A stretch of DNA of 64,000 nucleotides from Amoebidium appalachense (lineage: Eukaryota > Protista > Ichthyosporea): the NCBI GenBank assembly GCA_963693365.1, contig CAVNZM010000017.1:3391375-3455374 (forward strand), in the 5' to 3' direction. Of this stretch, positions 29,150 through 46,051 are shown one piece after another. The notes beneath the pieces were generated by a model that saw only the letters and a list, made by a program, of their open reading frames with translations, made no database searches and was not told the DNA's origin. A program made the position numbers and the translations under genes. Position 1 is the first letter of the stretch. Each line of letters starts with the position of its first letter.

Positions 29150-29924
29150 TCACGTGGAGATGGGGACCTGCTGAGGCTGCTGATTGGCTGCTGTGTGTGT
29201 GCCTGCTAGGCGCTGCAGGTATGAGCTCAGGGTGACGGGGGGCACCACAAAGCACTCGTTGGGATTCTCAACAAAGGTCTGACGCACACCGTCTAGCCCT
29301 GTCTCGCCTGCAGGGGGGGGAAACGGGGGGGGGGGGGGGGGGGTCAGGTGTGCACGTGCAACTTGTGTGCAGTGCATGCACAGAACAGCCTCAAACCATT
29401 TGCCATGCATTGCCATGCATACACACTGTTCTTTCTCGTGCCTAACCAGTGTGCACATGCTGCCTGTGTGCACGCAAGTCATGTGTGTGCACATGCGTGT
29501 GTGCATGCACTTCATGTCTGTTTTTCATGCTGTCTGTGTGCACATGCTAACTGTGTGCCTGCGTGCCTGCCAGTCATGCATGCCCACATACTGTATGAGT
29601 CCAGGCCGTAGTACTGTGCCATGCCATGCAGCAGACAGCGCAGGTAGGGGCTATCCACCGTCAGCACCAGCACCAGCCCTGGGTCCTCCCCAAACACCCC
29701 CACTAGCTGCCCCTCAAGCTCCTCCACCGTGCCCTGTGCCCCCAGTCAGCACGTACACACACACACACACAGGCAGCAGGCAGACAGACAGAGACCTACC
29801 AGGGGCACGTGTGTGGTCTTGAAGGCTGCACGCAGGCGCCTGTCCATCCTCGAGAAGCAGTACTCGGGGCTCAGCGTCGCAGCTGCAGAACACCACCACA
29901 TCAGCACATGCACTACGCCCTATC

Positions 29925-29963
<39 letters not shown>

Positions 29964-30203
29964 CAAAAAAAAAAAAAGCCTACCACGACCACCATCACAC
30001 CCACACACACACAGTCACACCTACACCCGCACCACCACCCATACAGACACAAACGCACAAACCACACCTACACCCACACACGCCCACGCGCACGCGCACG
30101 CCCGTCCACCCACACCCACTCACCCATCCCCCTCCCCCTGCCCCCCCTCCCCTCCCCCCCTTCCCCCCCCCCCCCCCCAAAAAAAAAGAAAAATCCCCCC
30201 CCC

Positions 30204-30294
<91 letters not shown>

Positions 30295-30809
30295 AGGGCC
30301 TTGCTGTGGCGTGGGGCCATGTGTGTTGGGCGGTTGCTGGCGTCTGCCTGGCTCACAAACTCACGCTGCCGGTCTAGGGGCTGCTGCGTGAAGTCCCACC
30401 ACTCCTGCCACACTCAACAACCATTAACAACAACCTCCCGTGCCGGCAGGTGTGTGTGTGTGTGTTTAATGAGGGGGGAGGGGGGAGGGGATATAAAGTG
30501 CATGACCTACAGAGTGCAGAGAACATATTCATGACGGACAACCCCACGCCGAAAAATTTGCAAAGCACACACAAAGAGTTGCATTATAAATAAAAGCTCG
30601 TCCTCAAGGGAAAGCAGTCATGATCCGTAGTATCCGAATTTCTACCCAATCTCCAAAACCAACTCGGACACTACGTCACTTGCCTAGTCACCCACCGCCT
30701 TTTCCGAACCGAGCAGGGTTACTTCTGGAGGCAGACGTCACAGACAAGAGCAGTGGAAAGGGTCGCGCAGTCAGGTTGCCGTGTGTATTTTCTTTCTTTC
30801 TTTTCTTTT

Positions 30810-30840
<31 letters not shown>

Positions 30841-31789
30841 GTTTGAATGTGTGACGGAGTACGAATGAAGCCGGACAAAACAATGCAAATTGGCACAAGG
30901 CACAGTCGCAAAAAGAGCTACACAGCACCAACCCCACGCCCACCTGCCACCACACACACTGTGCAGCACACACACACACAGGAGGGGGCACGTACCTCTG
31001 CAGCCTGTGAGTCAGTCAGCAGGCTGCTGAAGTGTGTGTGCTTGGCCTCGGCATAGCCCTCGGGCTCAGTCTCTCCGTCCACCCGCAGGTCCAGCAGGTA
31101 TCTGACTGTGTGCACTTTCAGTCCCATCACCCCCGCCCAAAAGCCCAAAAAAAAATAAGCAAGAGAAAGAGAAAGAAGAAGAAACGAAAAAGCAAGGGGT
31201 GGGGGGGGTGGGGGTGGCGAAGGGGGGGGGGGACACCCCCACCCGACCCACCCCTACCCCGACAACCATACCTAAACGCACACACACACGGGCACATGGG
31301 CGCACGGGAGCAACACGGACGCGCACACACTTTTTGCAGGCAGAGCAGGGCACGCACGCACAAACGCACAAACACACAAACTCACAAACGCACACATGCA
31401 CGCACGCACACACCTGCGCGTGTACACACACACACACGCTTTTCGCAGAGAGAGAAGGTTATGCACGCACGCACGCACGAAAGAAACGCATGCACACATA
31501 GACGCAGAGAGAGGCACACACGCAGGCACGTACACAGGCACGCATGCACGTACGCACGCACGCACGCACGCACGCACACGCTCTTCGCAGGTATAGGCAC
31601 GCACGCACGTACGCACACACGTACGAGTGTGCGTACGCTTTTGTAGGCCCAGAAGGACACGCAGGTACGCACGGACGCACCCACGCACGCATAGAAGCAG
31701 ACACGGACGCACGCGCACACGGATGTGCACATGCCTTTTGCAGGCAGAGAAAGTCACGCAGGCACGCACACACCCAAGCACACATGCAT

Positions 31790-31840
<51 letters not shown>

Positions 31841-32238
31841 CCGCACACACGCACGCACGCACGCACGCACGAACGCGGAGCAGGGCACGTACGGTTAAGG
31901 TAGCGCTGGCGCCTCCTGCAGAAACCCCAAGTCAGAACAGTCCCCACCCACCCCTCCAGCATGCAGGCAGACAGGCACCTACTTGGACCCCTTGCGGCCT
32001 GTGTTTGGAGTCTCGGGCCGTGACCACACACAGCGCCCACTGCCACTGCTTTTCTTCTTGCTGGAGGGCGTGTGGGGCTGGCGCTTCTCCTCTTGTGGCC
32101 TGTGTGCGCGCTCAGCATCACCCTGCCTGCCCCCTCACCGTGGGCCTACCTGTGCAGCGTGTCGTCCAGCAGGTCGCCAGCAGGCAGGCTGGCTGCCTCG
32201 TGCGGCACACGCACCGTCACACTGGGTCCCGTAGGCAT
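29150..32238 (-). CDS. R3HDM4: R3H domain-containing protein 4-like
   Basis: Spliced: GPSRRRQRYLNLRYLLDL..FSSLLTDSQAAE|EWWDFTQQPLDRQREFV..LSPEYCFSRMDRRLRAAFKTTHVPL|GTVEELEGQLV..DSPYLRCLLHGMAQYYGLDSYS|ETGLDGVRQTFVEN..PPVTLSSYL. Colinear with R3HDM4 (R3H-associated N-terminal domain + RxxxH). Confidence 0.85.
30842..30950 (-). mobile_element. Short diverged 3' end of the same poly(C)-abutting LINE-like family
   Basis: G-run followed by TTTGAATGTGTGACGGAGTACGAA, matching the TTTGAATGCGTCAAAAAGTACGAA terminus of the 6478 copy. Confidence 0.45.
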
Positions 32239-34242
32239 GGTGCTGCGCACTGGTACTGCTGCGCACTGCCGTGCCCGTTCCTTCCTGGCCCACGCAAGCT
32301 GCGGCAACCGTACGCACAACCCCTATATTCTAGGTTGCAAGGGAGACTAAGAGTGCACCCACACTACCAAAGTTTTGAGCTGAGAGGAAAAGCTCTGTTT
32401 AGTTACGGTCTGGCACAGTCCGGCACCCGACGGTCTGTCTGTCTCAGTTTCGGCAGTCAAGCGAAGCTCAAAGACCCACCAATCGGACGCAATCGCTAAC
32501 GGCTAGCCATTCATCCAAAAGATGCTCCGGCAAGAAGATCTCGTCTTTAAAAATCCCACTGTCCAATCATAAAAGCTTTAATATTATTTATTTGCTTCTT
32601 ATACTTTTACTACAAAAAACATAGTACATTATCATCGACATCTGTTACTCATTGCGCAATCGAACGTCACCGACGGCCGGCCGCCCCCGCCATCCAAACG
32701 GGTGCGACATCGAAATGTGATGGGGCTGGCGACCCCACCGGAGGTACGGCTAGATCATAGTGTGAATATGAATAGTTTCAAGTCTATGGCTGATAGATAT
32801 CTTTTTACTCTACGTGTTGAGTCCCTTCCGGTGTTAGGACCGCAAAAACACCAACTACTAGTAGCCTATATGGCGGATACGGTTAAAGAGTGTGGTGTGG
32901 ACCAGGTGTAAAAACGCAAAGATGATTATGGATTGGCGGTGTAATCGGTTTCTGGTGTCTCCTGCACGTTATGTGTGATATGTGTGGGGGGAGGTTTACT
33001 CGCGGCTGCATAACTATCAATAAGTGCAACCTGTTAGCTAACGTACTAGAACCGGAGGTTATTGGCGGTTTTATTCTCTTTTCTTTCTCTCTTCCTCATA
33101 TATCCGTTTTAAGATGACTATCCTAGATCACCTTATTAATGCTGCACAGTATGATATTGTGATCCGGTGCCTTAACTTTCTTTCGGAGCTACCGATGCTA
33201 GCCTCTGCTTACCCATAATATGTAATAGGGTGTCATATACTACGATGGCGCTCATTGGGCTAGCATGTCCATAATATGTCACTGGCTGCATTTGATTGGC
33301 TGCGCTGGAAAACGCAGTAGGCCGTCGAATGTGGCTGGGCCTCCGGCAGTGTCCACGCAATAAAAAGTGTGTAAACCCCAATTATATGGTCGTGCGAACA
33401 CATCTACAGCGCAAGAACCCATTATTAAACCCTGCAGACAATACATCCAAGTTGAAAAGAAAAAGAAAGAAAGAGAGTCTGAAAGAGGGGGGGGGCAAAA
33501 AAAAGAAAAAAAAAGCTAACTAATCAACCGGGTTAGGAGGGTAATATATGCGTGTGATGTGGGTGCGCAGGTATTGGAGACAAGGCCTCCTGCTTAATAG
33601 GATCCGGAGTGCCATTTAGAAGGCCGCCTTGATTGAAAGCTGCATGCAGCTGGGCAGTGAGATGGTCACCCGTAAGAAGGAAGTCAATGATGGTACATAA
33701 AGTGTTGTGCAGGGTGAAGTGGATAGGTGTGTGAGGAGTGTGGCGGAAAAGGAGGCCTGTGTGGCTAACGGAATAAATGGAAACACAATACAACGGCCCA
33801 CACAGCTACGGCACCAAGGATGTGTCCCACTAATTTTTTTTTTGGTAAAGTGTGTAAACCCTTTTTTTGGTAAAAAGCGTGTAAACCCTTTTTTGGTAGG
33901 GCACAACCGTCTATGAAACAAAATGAGAATGAGCCCCTCGAGGCTGCATTCTTTTATAGTTATGCCCAATCATATTTCGTTTTGGAACTATTGAAAATCC
34001 AATCAAATAGATCAACCAGTCAAAATGTCTTTCGGAGCCCAATAGCGTGCATTTACACTTTTCTGTGTGCCCCCCTCTATCATAGGATAAGCCGATCAAT
34101 GTGGTAAAATTCGCATGTCGGTAGCCGTATATCTCTTAAACATTAAATAAGTTAGCCTACGAGCTGGGTGGTTATCAAAATAGCCTTCGAAATCCGCTTG
34201 GAATTTCAATGCCAACAACAAAGAGCTAATCGGCGGCTGACA

Positions 34243-35523
34243 GCTCCGGCAGTGTCCACGCAATAAAAAGTGTGAAAAGTTTAAACCCCGAATATGAATT
34301 TGAACACGGATGAAAGTCGGATTGGGGACGGATGGTCACAGCTTTCGTTGACAAGAAATGTGTTTTGGAAAAGGAAAAGACTGAGGACGCCAGGTCCCGG
34401 AAGCCCCATTTACATCGTGATGTTTATTGATCTCGGGGGGTTCCGTGTCTGGGGTGACTCGATGTATATCTGTCGCACAAGAGAAGGATGGTGTGTGTCC
34501 TCACACATGGATAAGGCTAGTACGTGGGTGCACAAACATATATAAGCATGTGGATGCATACTACATAGGGGTAGGGAGGGGCGTCACAGTGTATATGTCA
34601 GGGACAGGCAAACCTCCAAGCCATCCCCTAACCACACGTGGGTGCCTCTGAGGATGACCTCACGTGGGTACAAACATAAAAGCAAAACATGTAAGCAAAG
34701 GCAAGCAAGAGCGAGGAGCAGACATAGATCTTCCGGATGTAGCCTACATACATGTTGAAATATATCGTGATTGGGTATATACACGTAGTTTGCGCAAACG
34801 ACGGCTGTTCAGACTGAAGGAAGACACACGACTCTAGTGAGCGTCAGGTAGTGATCTTAACCACCGTGTGGGCACAAGCGAAGTCCGAGACTCACACCCT
34901 CCGGCAAACGTGTGCTGGGCTGAGTGTCTGGCCGGCACCCATTATGCGGGATTAGGAGCACACGGGGGTGGCGTTTCTCGTGCTTTGCTTATACGCACAA
35001 AGTACCAGGACCAAAACTTGCCGATCACTGTGGTCGTGTGTGGAAAATGGGAAAAGATGATTGCGCTCATGAGAAATGGGCTGGTGCGAAAACCGAGTTG
35101 TGTGTGCTACAATATGAAAAATGATATGGCTGTTGCAAAAAAATGGCCTCATTGCGGGGCGACGTCCGAATAAGTAAGCAAATGCATCCTCGTGTATCCG
35201 TAGTTATCCGTGGACTGCTGTGACCATCCGTCCGTAAAAATGAGCTATCGTAGCACGCTAGCAGAGCGCGCGTGTGGAAGCGTGTTTACCTGGTTACCCC
35301 CGAGGGAGACCTTCCTTTTCTGCTACCATGCGACATCGAAATGTGATGGGAATATGAATTTGAACACGGATGAAAGTCGGATGGGGAACGGATGGTCACA
35401 GCTTTCGTTGACAAGAAATGTGTTTTGGACAAGGAAAAGACTGAGGACGCCAGGTCCCGGAAGCCCCATTTACATCGTGATGTTTATTGATCTCGGGGGC
35501 TTCCGTGTCTGGGGTGACTCGAT
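34243..35523 (+). mobile_element. Rearranged, degenerate DDE (pogo/Tc1-like) transposase fragments
   Basis: A 175-bp segment is duplicated (34289-34463 and 35350-35523) and encodes NLNTDES..RTPGPGS..IVMFIDLGG, resembling the pogo N.DET..G..T motif. LPITVVVCGK lies downstream. No intact ORF. Confidence 0.35.
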
Positions 35524-35870
35524 GTTAACTACGTCACACGGGGAGGGGGGGGGGGGGGGGGGGGGGAAATGTTACTCAGTACTCGGCAAATCTTCATAGA
35601 ACGCTACACGCCAGACACCCAGATAGCAACTATACACCCCCTTCATGCCAAACCCCTTCCGTGGCCATGCAGCACCTGCCCCTTGACTCTAAATGCAGGG
35701 CCTGCTTTAGGATTTAAACGGCCCAACCCACCACATGGTTACTGCCACAGGCAGATTCACTAAACTAACCTGCCGCACAGCAGCAGGCACACACTCACAG
35801 TTCGTACTACACACACTGGTGCCATACATGCTTAACCCTATCACCCTCATACGTGCTTTCGTGCATACGG

Positions 35871-36542
35871 CTACTGGTCCATGTTTGCAGCCACGGCCCT
35901 GTAGAAGTGGGCCAGCATGGCCAACAACATGACCAGAAACAGCAGGTCGTCCAGAACACCCAGCAGCCCAAACACGGCCTCGGGCACAAGATCAAACGGC
36001 GACAGCAGATACAGCACCAGCAGAACAAGCACAAGCACGTTGCGCACCTGTGTGTCCCTGTATGAGCAAGGCCCTGCCAAGGGCTCTATCGAAAAAAATC
36101 GGGAAGGAGCACACTCTGAACAAAGGATACAAAGGATTACTATGTAAGCATGCAGCATTGCCAAATAGACAAGCAGAAGGGAGATTGTGGGTAGGGGTTG
36201 AATAAAGCAGGATCACATACTCTGAACATCAGATCCAGGCCCCTGCCGCTGACCAAGTCCTGGAACAGCCGTCGGAGCAGAATGGGGGTGTCCCGTATGT
36301 GCTGTAGTAACTGCAACCCTGCTGTTAGAAGACTTCGTGCGATCGGGGGAGGGGAGGTGGGGGGGGGGGACCTCGACCTCCGACAAAGAGAGCCTGAATA
36401 TGAATCCCGATACCTCACACAGTGCGATAGCATGATAGCAGTAAAATAAGCAGCTTTCAGCTTGCGTTTCCTGCGAAAAATAACGAAACCGCGGCATACA
36501 GTCAAATGTGCAATTCCTCAAAGAGAGGGGGTGGGCGCGGCG

Positions 36543-36575
<33 letters not shown>

Positions 36576-38143
36576 GGGGGGGGCTTTAGATAAATAGTGC
36601 AATTGGCGAGAATAAGATTCTCGCAGGCAGTTTCAATCCAAAAGACCTATCTAGTTTTGGCAACCCTTTAAACACCAGGTCAGATCTACATCCCCGGGAA
36701 TGGATGCAGCAGCACACCCGCAGACAGGCTCTTGCTTAGAGAACTTCACGGGGGTAGCTATAAGCGAGTGTTTTTTTTCTTCTTCCATCTACCCTCCCTT
36801 CTTCCGTTCTTTTTCGCTTTCTCCCTCTCCCTTCTTTGTGTGTGTGTGTGTGTGGGGGGGGGGGGGGGAGGGGGGGGGGGAGGGGGGGGAAGGAGGGAGG
36901 AGGACTTTAGAACGGCTCAGAGAGCGAAGTACAGAGTCTGAACGGGTAACGGATAATACGGTCATCCAAATCCCTTGAAGTATACATACAAGGAATGCAG
37001 CCGGTGTGTGTGTGGGGGGGGGGGGGGGGGGGGGGGGGGGCGGAGGGGAGGGGGAGGGGCTCTACCGATCTTGGCTCGCCTGAGAAGCGACGGTTGTATT
37101 CTCTAAGGCTCTCGATGTATCCCGGTGCCTGGCTGCTCGTCAGCTCTGCCGGGCTGAAACTGGCAAAGAACATGCTGATGCGCTGGCGGCACACGGGGCA
37201 GCTAAGCACACGTAGCCGGCCCCCGTGCACGTCCCACCACGTCAAAATGCATCCCGCTGTGTCCCCTGTCAGTCCCAAGCCTTCGCCCTCCCTGTGCTCT
37301 CACTACAAGCCTGAGATCTACATGATTCTTATCCATAGGCCGAGAGGTGGGGTCGGGGGTGGGGTTAAGGTTGGGGCGAGCGGTGTGTGTGTGAGTCGGG
37401 GGGGTAGGGGTGGGGACGGGTGCACACCGCAGAATATGTGGCCACAGCTGGTCTCGACGGCATATGCCGGGGGGGGCGCTGTAGCACACAGGGCATTCCA
37501 CGTCCTGGCCCACCTCTCTGCCCGCTCGGCCCTCCCCTGTCTGCCCCACCCATTTCTTAGAACTATACCGTGCCTGCTGCTGTGTCCGTAGCCCGCGCAT
37601 ATGAGCAGAGCAACGCACAGACGGCTCGCGTGTGCATGTGTATGTATGTGTCTGCGTGTGCCCTCGTGTGTGTGTGTGCGTATGGGCGGATTACCCAGTA
37701 TTACCCAGTGCGAGTGCGGTGTGGCTTGGTTTAGCTACACTATAAAATGGATCATCCAAACCTTCATGGGCCACAGAGTCATCTAGGTACACGACCACAC
37801 ATGCCTATCCAACATTTGACACACACAGCACGAAACCATCACAAACAGGGCACTTAATTACGCACGCACCCCCCCCAAACACACACATGCTGGGGGCTGC
37901 ACAGGCACTCTGTCTGAGACAAGCTACCATGCACATCCCTGCCCAATCCCACGGAGGCAGGCACACACTTACCAGGCTGCCGGCCCTTCGCAGGGTGTCG
38001 CGCACCGTGTCTGCGTCTGTGCGGCTGTCTGCGTGCAGAGCTGGGTGTGGGCTGCGCACCAGCTGCCAGGCCGAGGCCCCGACCAGCAGCAGGGCGCCGC
38101 CCACAGCCACAAGTACCTCGTCGTCTATGCCCACAACTAGCAT
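35871..38143 (-). CDS. RNF170: RING E3 ubiquitin ligase RNF170
   Basis: N-terminal TM (VGIDDEVLVAV), C3HC4 RING (CPVC..AVETSCGHIFC|AGCILTWW..CPVCRQ), YNRRFSGEPRS|LLQHIRDTPILLRRLF, and DUF1232 (YLLSPFDLVPEAVFGLLGVLDDL). One extra C in the run at 37469-37476 shifts the frame, probably a homopolymer error. Confidence 0.93.
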
Positions 38144-38533
38144 GCTGAGGGGGCCATGGGGTGCGTGCTGTGCAGGCTGTGTATGGTTGACGTACGTTCT
38201 GAATGTGCCCTCTACCCGCAGTAAACTCAAACACACTCAAGTTGCTCTATGCTTATCGTTTTCCCCTGCTGTGCGTTGCAACGGCCCAGTCAGTGCCAGT
38301 GTCTGAGAGTTGTTCGCCTCAGGTCGGGGTCCTCGAGAAATCCGTGTTTTCAGAGGGCCGTGCTCATGAGCTCAGGTGAGTGCTGTGGTTTGCTGACGTC
38401 ATCGCGGGCTCACCAACTGAGCCACTCAGCACAGATCTCGTTTTTGTAAGGCTGCCTCAGTGTCAACAGAGAAGTCAGTGTGGTGCACAGAGCAGGCACG
38501 CGTCAGCACATTACGAGGAAACAGACGGGCAGT

Positions 38534-41594
<3,061 letters not shown>

Positions 41595-43617
41595 TGCGCA
41601 GGCGTATATATGGGTATGTGGGTAAAAAAAATGAGTATGATAGAAAAAAGAAGCGTGTGTGGATAGAAATATAGAAGTATGTGTGGTAGAAATATGTCCA
41701 AGCATGGGGTGAATAGGAATATATGACGTGCAAATATGGATGGATAGACACATGTACGGGTGGATAGAAACGTATGACGTGCAAAACTCAGGATTTGTGA
41801 ATATGCATGACTTGCAAGTATGTGCGGATAGAATATATATAGCGTCAAGTATATTTAAGTGGAAATACAACGGGCAAGCATCGTGTGGTTAAAAATATAT
41901 AAGGTGCAACCATGTGTGGTGAGAAAGTTGCGTTGGTGCAAGCATGTGAGGATAGAAATATATGCGGTTGGCATGGCCGGCCTAGTGACGTGACGTCAGA
42001 CCTCCCCATGTGCATTGTGGCGGGTGATGAGGAGGCCTTGGCTGTGCCCTGCATGCGGTCGATAATGCAATGCAGCTAACCCTGCCTGTGTGTGCAACAC
42101 ACTGCCGTGTGCATGTGTGTTGGGCCATAGGGAGTGCTCGTTTATAATGGGGCACCGCCTACCTGCACACCGTAGTGGCACCATGTGGACTGAGACGGAC
42201 AAGGGGGGTACGTGCCCGGTGGTGTGGCACCTACCTGCATGTGCATGCTCCCACCACCACTGCACACATGCATGTGAATATGTCCAATGGCATGAATGGC
42301 ATGTCTGACGGAATGAAGTTTGGGGGAGGGGAAGGGATGCATTAAGGGTTTCTTCAAGAAGGTAGGGGGGGGGGGGGGACTCCGAACTCCCGCCCAACGG
42401 CACCCGCCTCCCCCCGGAAGGAGGGGGAGGAGGGGGTGGAGGGGGGGGGGGGGGGGGGGGGGGAAGGGAAGGGGGGAGTTCCCCAAAGTAAACATGTAGA
42501 TAATCAACCCCCCGCCCCCCCCCTCCCCCCTCCCCCTCCTCCTCCTCCACTACCATCCTCTCCCGGTGCCCAGCTCCGGCTCCATCCCGAACAACCATGC
42601 CTCTCCCTCCATTCCCCATATGGCATGCCATGGTGCGCGCAACATGTAAAAGAAAGGGTGAACCCGGTGGGGTGGGGGGGCCCGGGTGGGGTGGGTGAGG
42701 TGGGTGGGGTGGTGGTAGGGGGGAGGGGAAGAGGGGAGGGGGGAGGGGAGGGGAGGGGGGAGAGTAGAAAGAGCTGGGGGGGGGGGGGGGGGGGAGGGCG
42801 GGGACGGGCACGGGGAGTGAGAGAAAGAGAAGGAGAGCTCAGAAAAGAGGAAGCGCATGGTTTGTGCACACGTGTGTGCACACTGAGGGCAGCACACGCA
42901 TCTGCGCAAACACACACACACTGCACATGTACGCTCGTACTGCCTGTGCCACCACTTGATGCACGTGCGTGGCTGTGTGGGTGTGTGAGTGTCTCTCTCC
43001 TGGCTATCTGTTTGGTGTGAATGTGAGTGTAACGCTGTGTAACGCTGTGCACCTACTTTGGATGTGTGTGTGTGCTTGTATTGAGTTTTGTGTGTTGTGT
43101 CACTGTATATCTGCATGTGTGTGTGCGCGCAGTGGCACCCTGTGTGGACGTATGTGTTGACGGTACATGTGTGCAGGTGCTTGGGAAATATAGAGAGAGT
43201 GTTTACACGACGTGTGTGTGTTTGTAAAACAGAGGTATGTCCGATGATAACATGGTGTTGGTGGTGGAGCCAGTGTGCAGCACAGTCCCACCGAGGTTCT
43301 CTAAATGGACCACATCGTTAAAGTTGCTCGTGTGCACGTGTGGTTGATGGAGGTCGTGTAAAATAAAACTTTGAAAGTCGGCCCAGACGTGGTAGGACTT
43401 GGAGGAAGGAGGGGGAAAGGGGAAAAGGAAGGGGGGAAGGACGGGGGGATGGGGGGGGTGGGGGGGGTGCACCCGGATGTGCTAATAAGATTTGGGACGA
43501 GGGTGCAACGAGCAAGCCTGACTGTGGCAGAACCCAGCTGCAGGTGTTGGCTAGGGAGAGATAATACCCCGGGCCCGGCAAGAGATGGGGAGGAGGGGGG
43601 AGGGGGGAGAAGGGGAA

Positions 43618-43648
<31 letters not shown>

Positions 43649-44112
43649 AGGGGGGGGAGGAATGGGATGTCTGTACTGACTGTACATAGTTTCAGGTGCA
43701 AAGCATAGGCTAAGCATCAATGTGTTTCATAGTGTGTGATTATATGGTTGGGTGTGTCACCCGTCACGGCCCATTACTTCCATGTCATCATAATCAGTAA
43801 GCTAACCATTATGCATGGTAGCCGCAGGCAAAGAGAGGGAAGGAGGGAGGGAGGAAAGAGGGAACCCCCCCCCCCCCCCCCCCCCTCCCCCCTTCCCTCC
43901 CCCCCCCCCCCCTCTCCCCCCCCCCCGGCCGAGCTCCCTCCCCGCTCACCCCGTTCCCGTTCTTGGGTGGCACGGGTGGTGGGTCTCCCTCCCCATCGGT
44001 GTAGTACTATTATGGCGGTTGGGGGGTGGAGAGGGGGTGGGGGGAGAAAGGGGGGTAGGGGGAGGGCGACCCGTTCATTCTCCCCCCCCCCCCCCCCCCC
44101 CCCCCCTCCCCC

Positions 44113-44143
<31 letters not shown>

Positions 44144-44705
44144 AAAAAAAAAAAACTTTGGAAAAAAAGAATAAATAGATAACTCACTGAGAATAAAATC
44201 CAAGTGAAAAAAAGTCAACCCCTCCACCCCGTTTTCGAATTTTTTACATCCTCTACAAGCGGATCTACTTGAAACAAAACTATAAAACGTGGGATCAGGT
44301 GGTGTAGTGGCTACGTAATTACCGTTGAAGAGTTAGTGTACTAAGACTTCAGTAAGTGTATTCATGATTGGGCAAAATGGTCTATGATGTCTCACTCTGC
44401 CCATACTCTGTGTGTGCCATCCCCCCGGCCCGTGGGTGTGTGTACACGGTAGAGACACCAAACATGCATGGGAGCAGCACCTGGTTCCTTAACATTGATA
44501 CTAATGCTCTTATAGCTAGTGGGTGCTGGTCAAAAGTCAGTAATGGCGTTATGATTTTCTTTTTTTTTCCTTTCTTTTTCTCTCCTTTTCTCAGTTCCCT
44601 CATTTTTTTCTTTTCATTTTTTTTTTAATTTTAATTTTTAATTTTTTTCTTTTCATTTTTTCTTTCCTTCCTTTTCTTTTCTTTTCTTTTCTATTCTTTT
44701 CTTTC

Positions 44706-44737
<32 letters not shown>

Positions 44738-45546
44738 AGGGGGAGGAGGGAGGGGGGGGAGAAGGGGGAGGGGGGGGGGGGGGGGGGGGGGAGGGGGGGA
44801 CTACATGTTCCAAGCATGGTCCGGAGAGCTACCAGCTGAGGGGCAAAGGACACCTCAAATTCACCGCCGTGTCGGTGCCAAGCACGAATTCGAAGGAGTC
44901 ATGTGATCACGTTGAATCTTACTATTAGTCAGAGGAGTAACCGTTGGGCTGGGAGAATCGAAGGAGTTTAGAGGAGGGGCAGGTGAAGGTGGATCCGGAT
45001 GAAGGGGTATACATGGCATCCGCATGTTGAATGGGCCGAGTGCACATCATGATAACTGTTGAACAAAAAAGACACAAGGGTAATCATATAATATGCGCAA
45101 CTTCAGCGTGGGATCCAGAAAAAAATAAGGAGAGGGAAGGGGGAGAGGGGGGGGGGGGGGGGGGGGGGGGGGTTTCGTTACGGTCAAAGTCTAATAATTA
45201 CTACATATATATTAGGCTGGGGGTGGGGGGGAGTGGGTGGGGAGAGAGAGAAGGGGGGAGGGGGGGAAGAGGGAGAGGTGACAATTACTATGTACATACA
45301 TGGAGCGTGGGGGGTGGCCGGGGGAAGGGGGGGGGGAGGGGAGCGCGGAGGATGAGCTGGGGGAGGGGAGAGGGGAACGAAAGGAGAGAGAGGGGTGGGG
45401 GAGAAGGGGGGGGGGGGGGGGGGGGGGGGAAGGGGGGGAAGGGGGGGAAGGGGGGGAGGTGGGTGGGGGAGGGGGAGGGGTGGGGAGGGAGAAGCTGGAC
45501 CGTCTGATTAGGGCCGCTTTTTTTTTCGGGGAAGGTGTGTGTGTGT

Positions 45547-45579
<33 letters not shown>

Positions 45580-46051
45580 GGGAGGGGGGGGGGGGAGGGG
45601 GGGAAGGGGGTTGTAGGGGGGAGGGGGGAAGGGGGTGGAGGGGGGAGGGGGAGGGGGAGGGGGAGGGGAGGGGGAGCAGGGGGGGGGGGGGGGGGGGGGG
45701 GGGAGGTGTGATCGACTCCGGCCCTTACTACTGTGCGCGCGAGCGCGTGACTCACATTTGATCAGTGCGCGAGTCTTTTCCAGTGATCGTGCATGGGCAT
45801 CGTTGCGTCTTCGCCCACTCCAGATCTACAGTAGTGGGCCTGCGCCGGCCACTGACGCACACGTGACGCTGGCGGCCAAGCCCTTTATGTTCACGCCCGC
45901 TAAGCTGTGAACATGTGCATACGCCAATAAAGGCGGTGGCTTTGAAGGAGCCGCTCGAGTGGGCAGGCCGCGCACACAGGAATGCACGGCGCCACTTGAG
46001 CATTCCAATGGGCCATCGCCAGCCAATCACCTTGTTCAGAGCTCGTATGCG

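Noticed and set aside
44293-44345. tRNA or tRNA-SINE head (GGTGGTGTAGTGG); also GGTTCGAATC at ~17195
   Set aside because: Isolated A-box or B-box without its partner or a cloverleaf.
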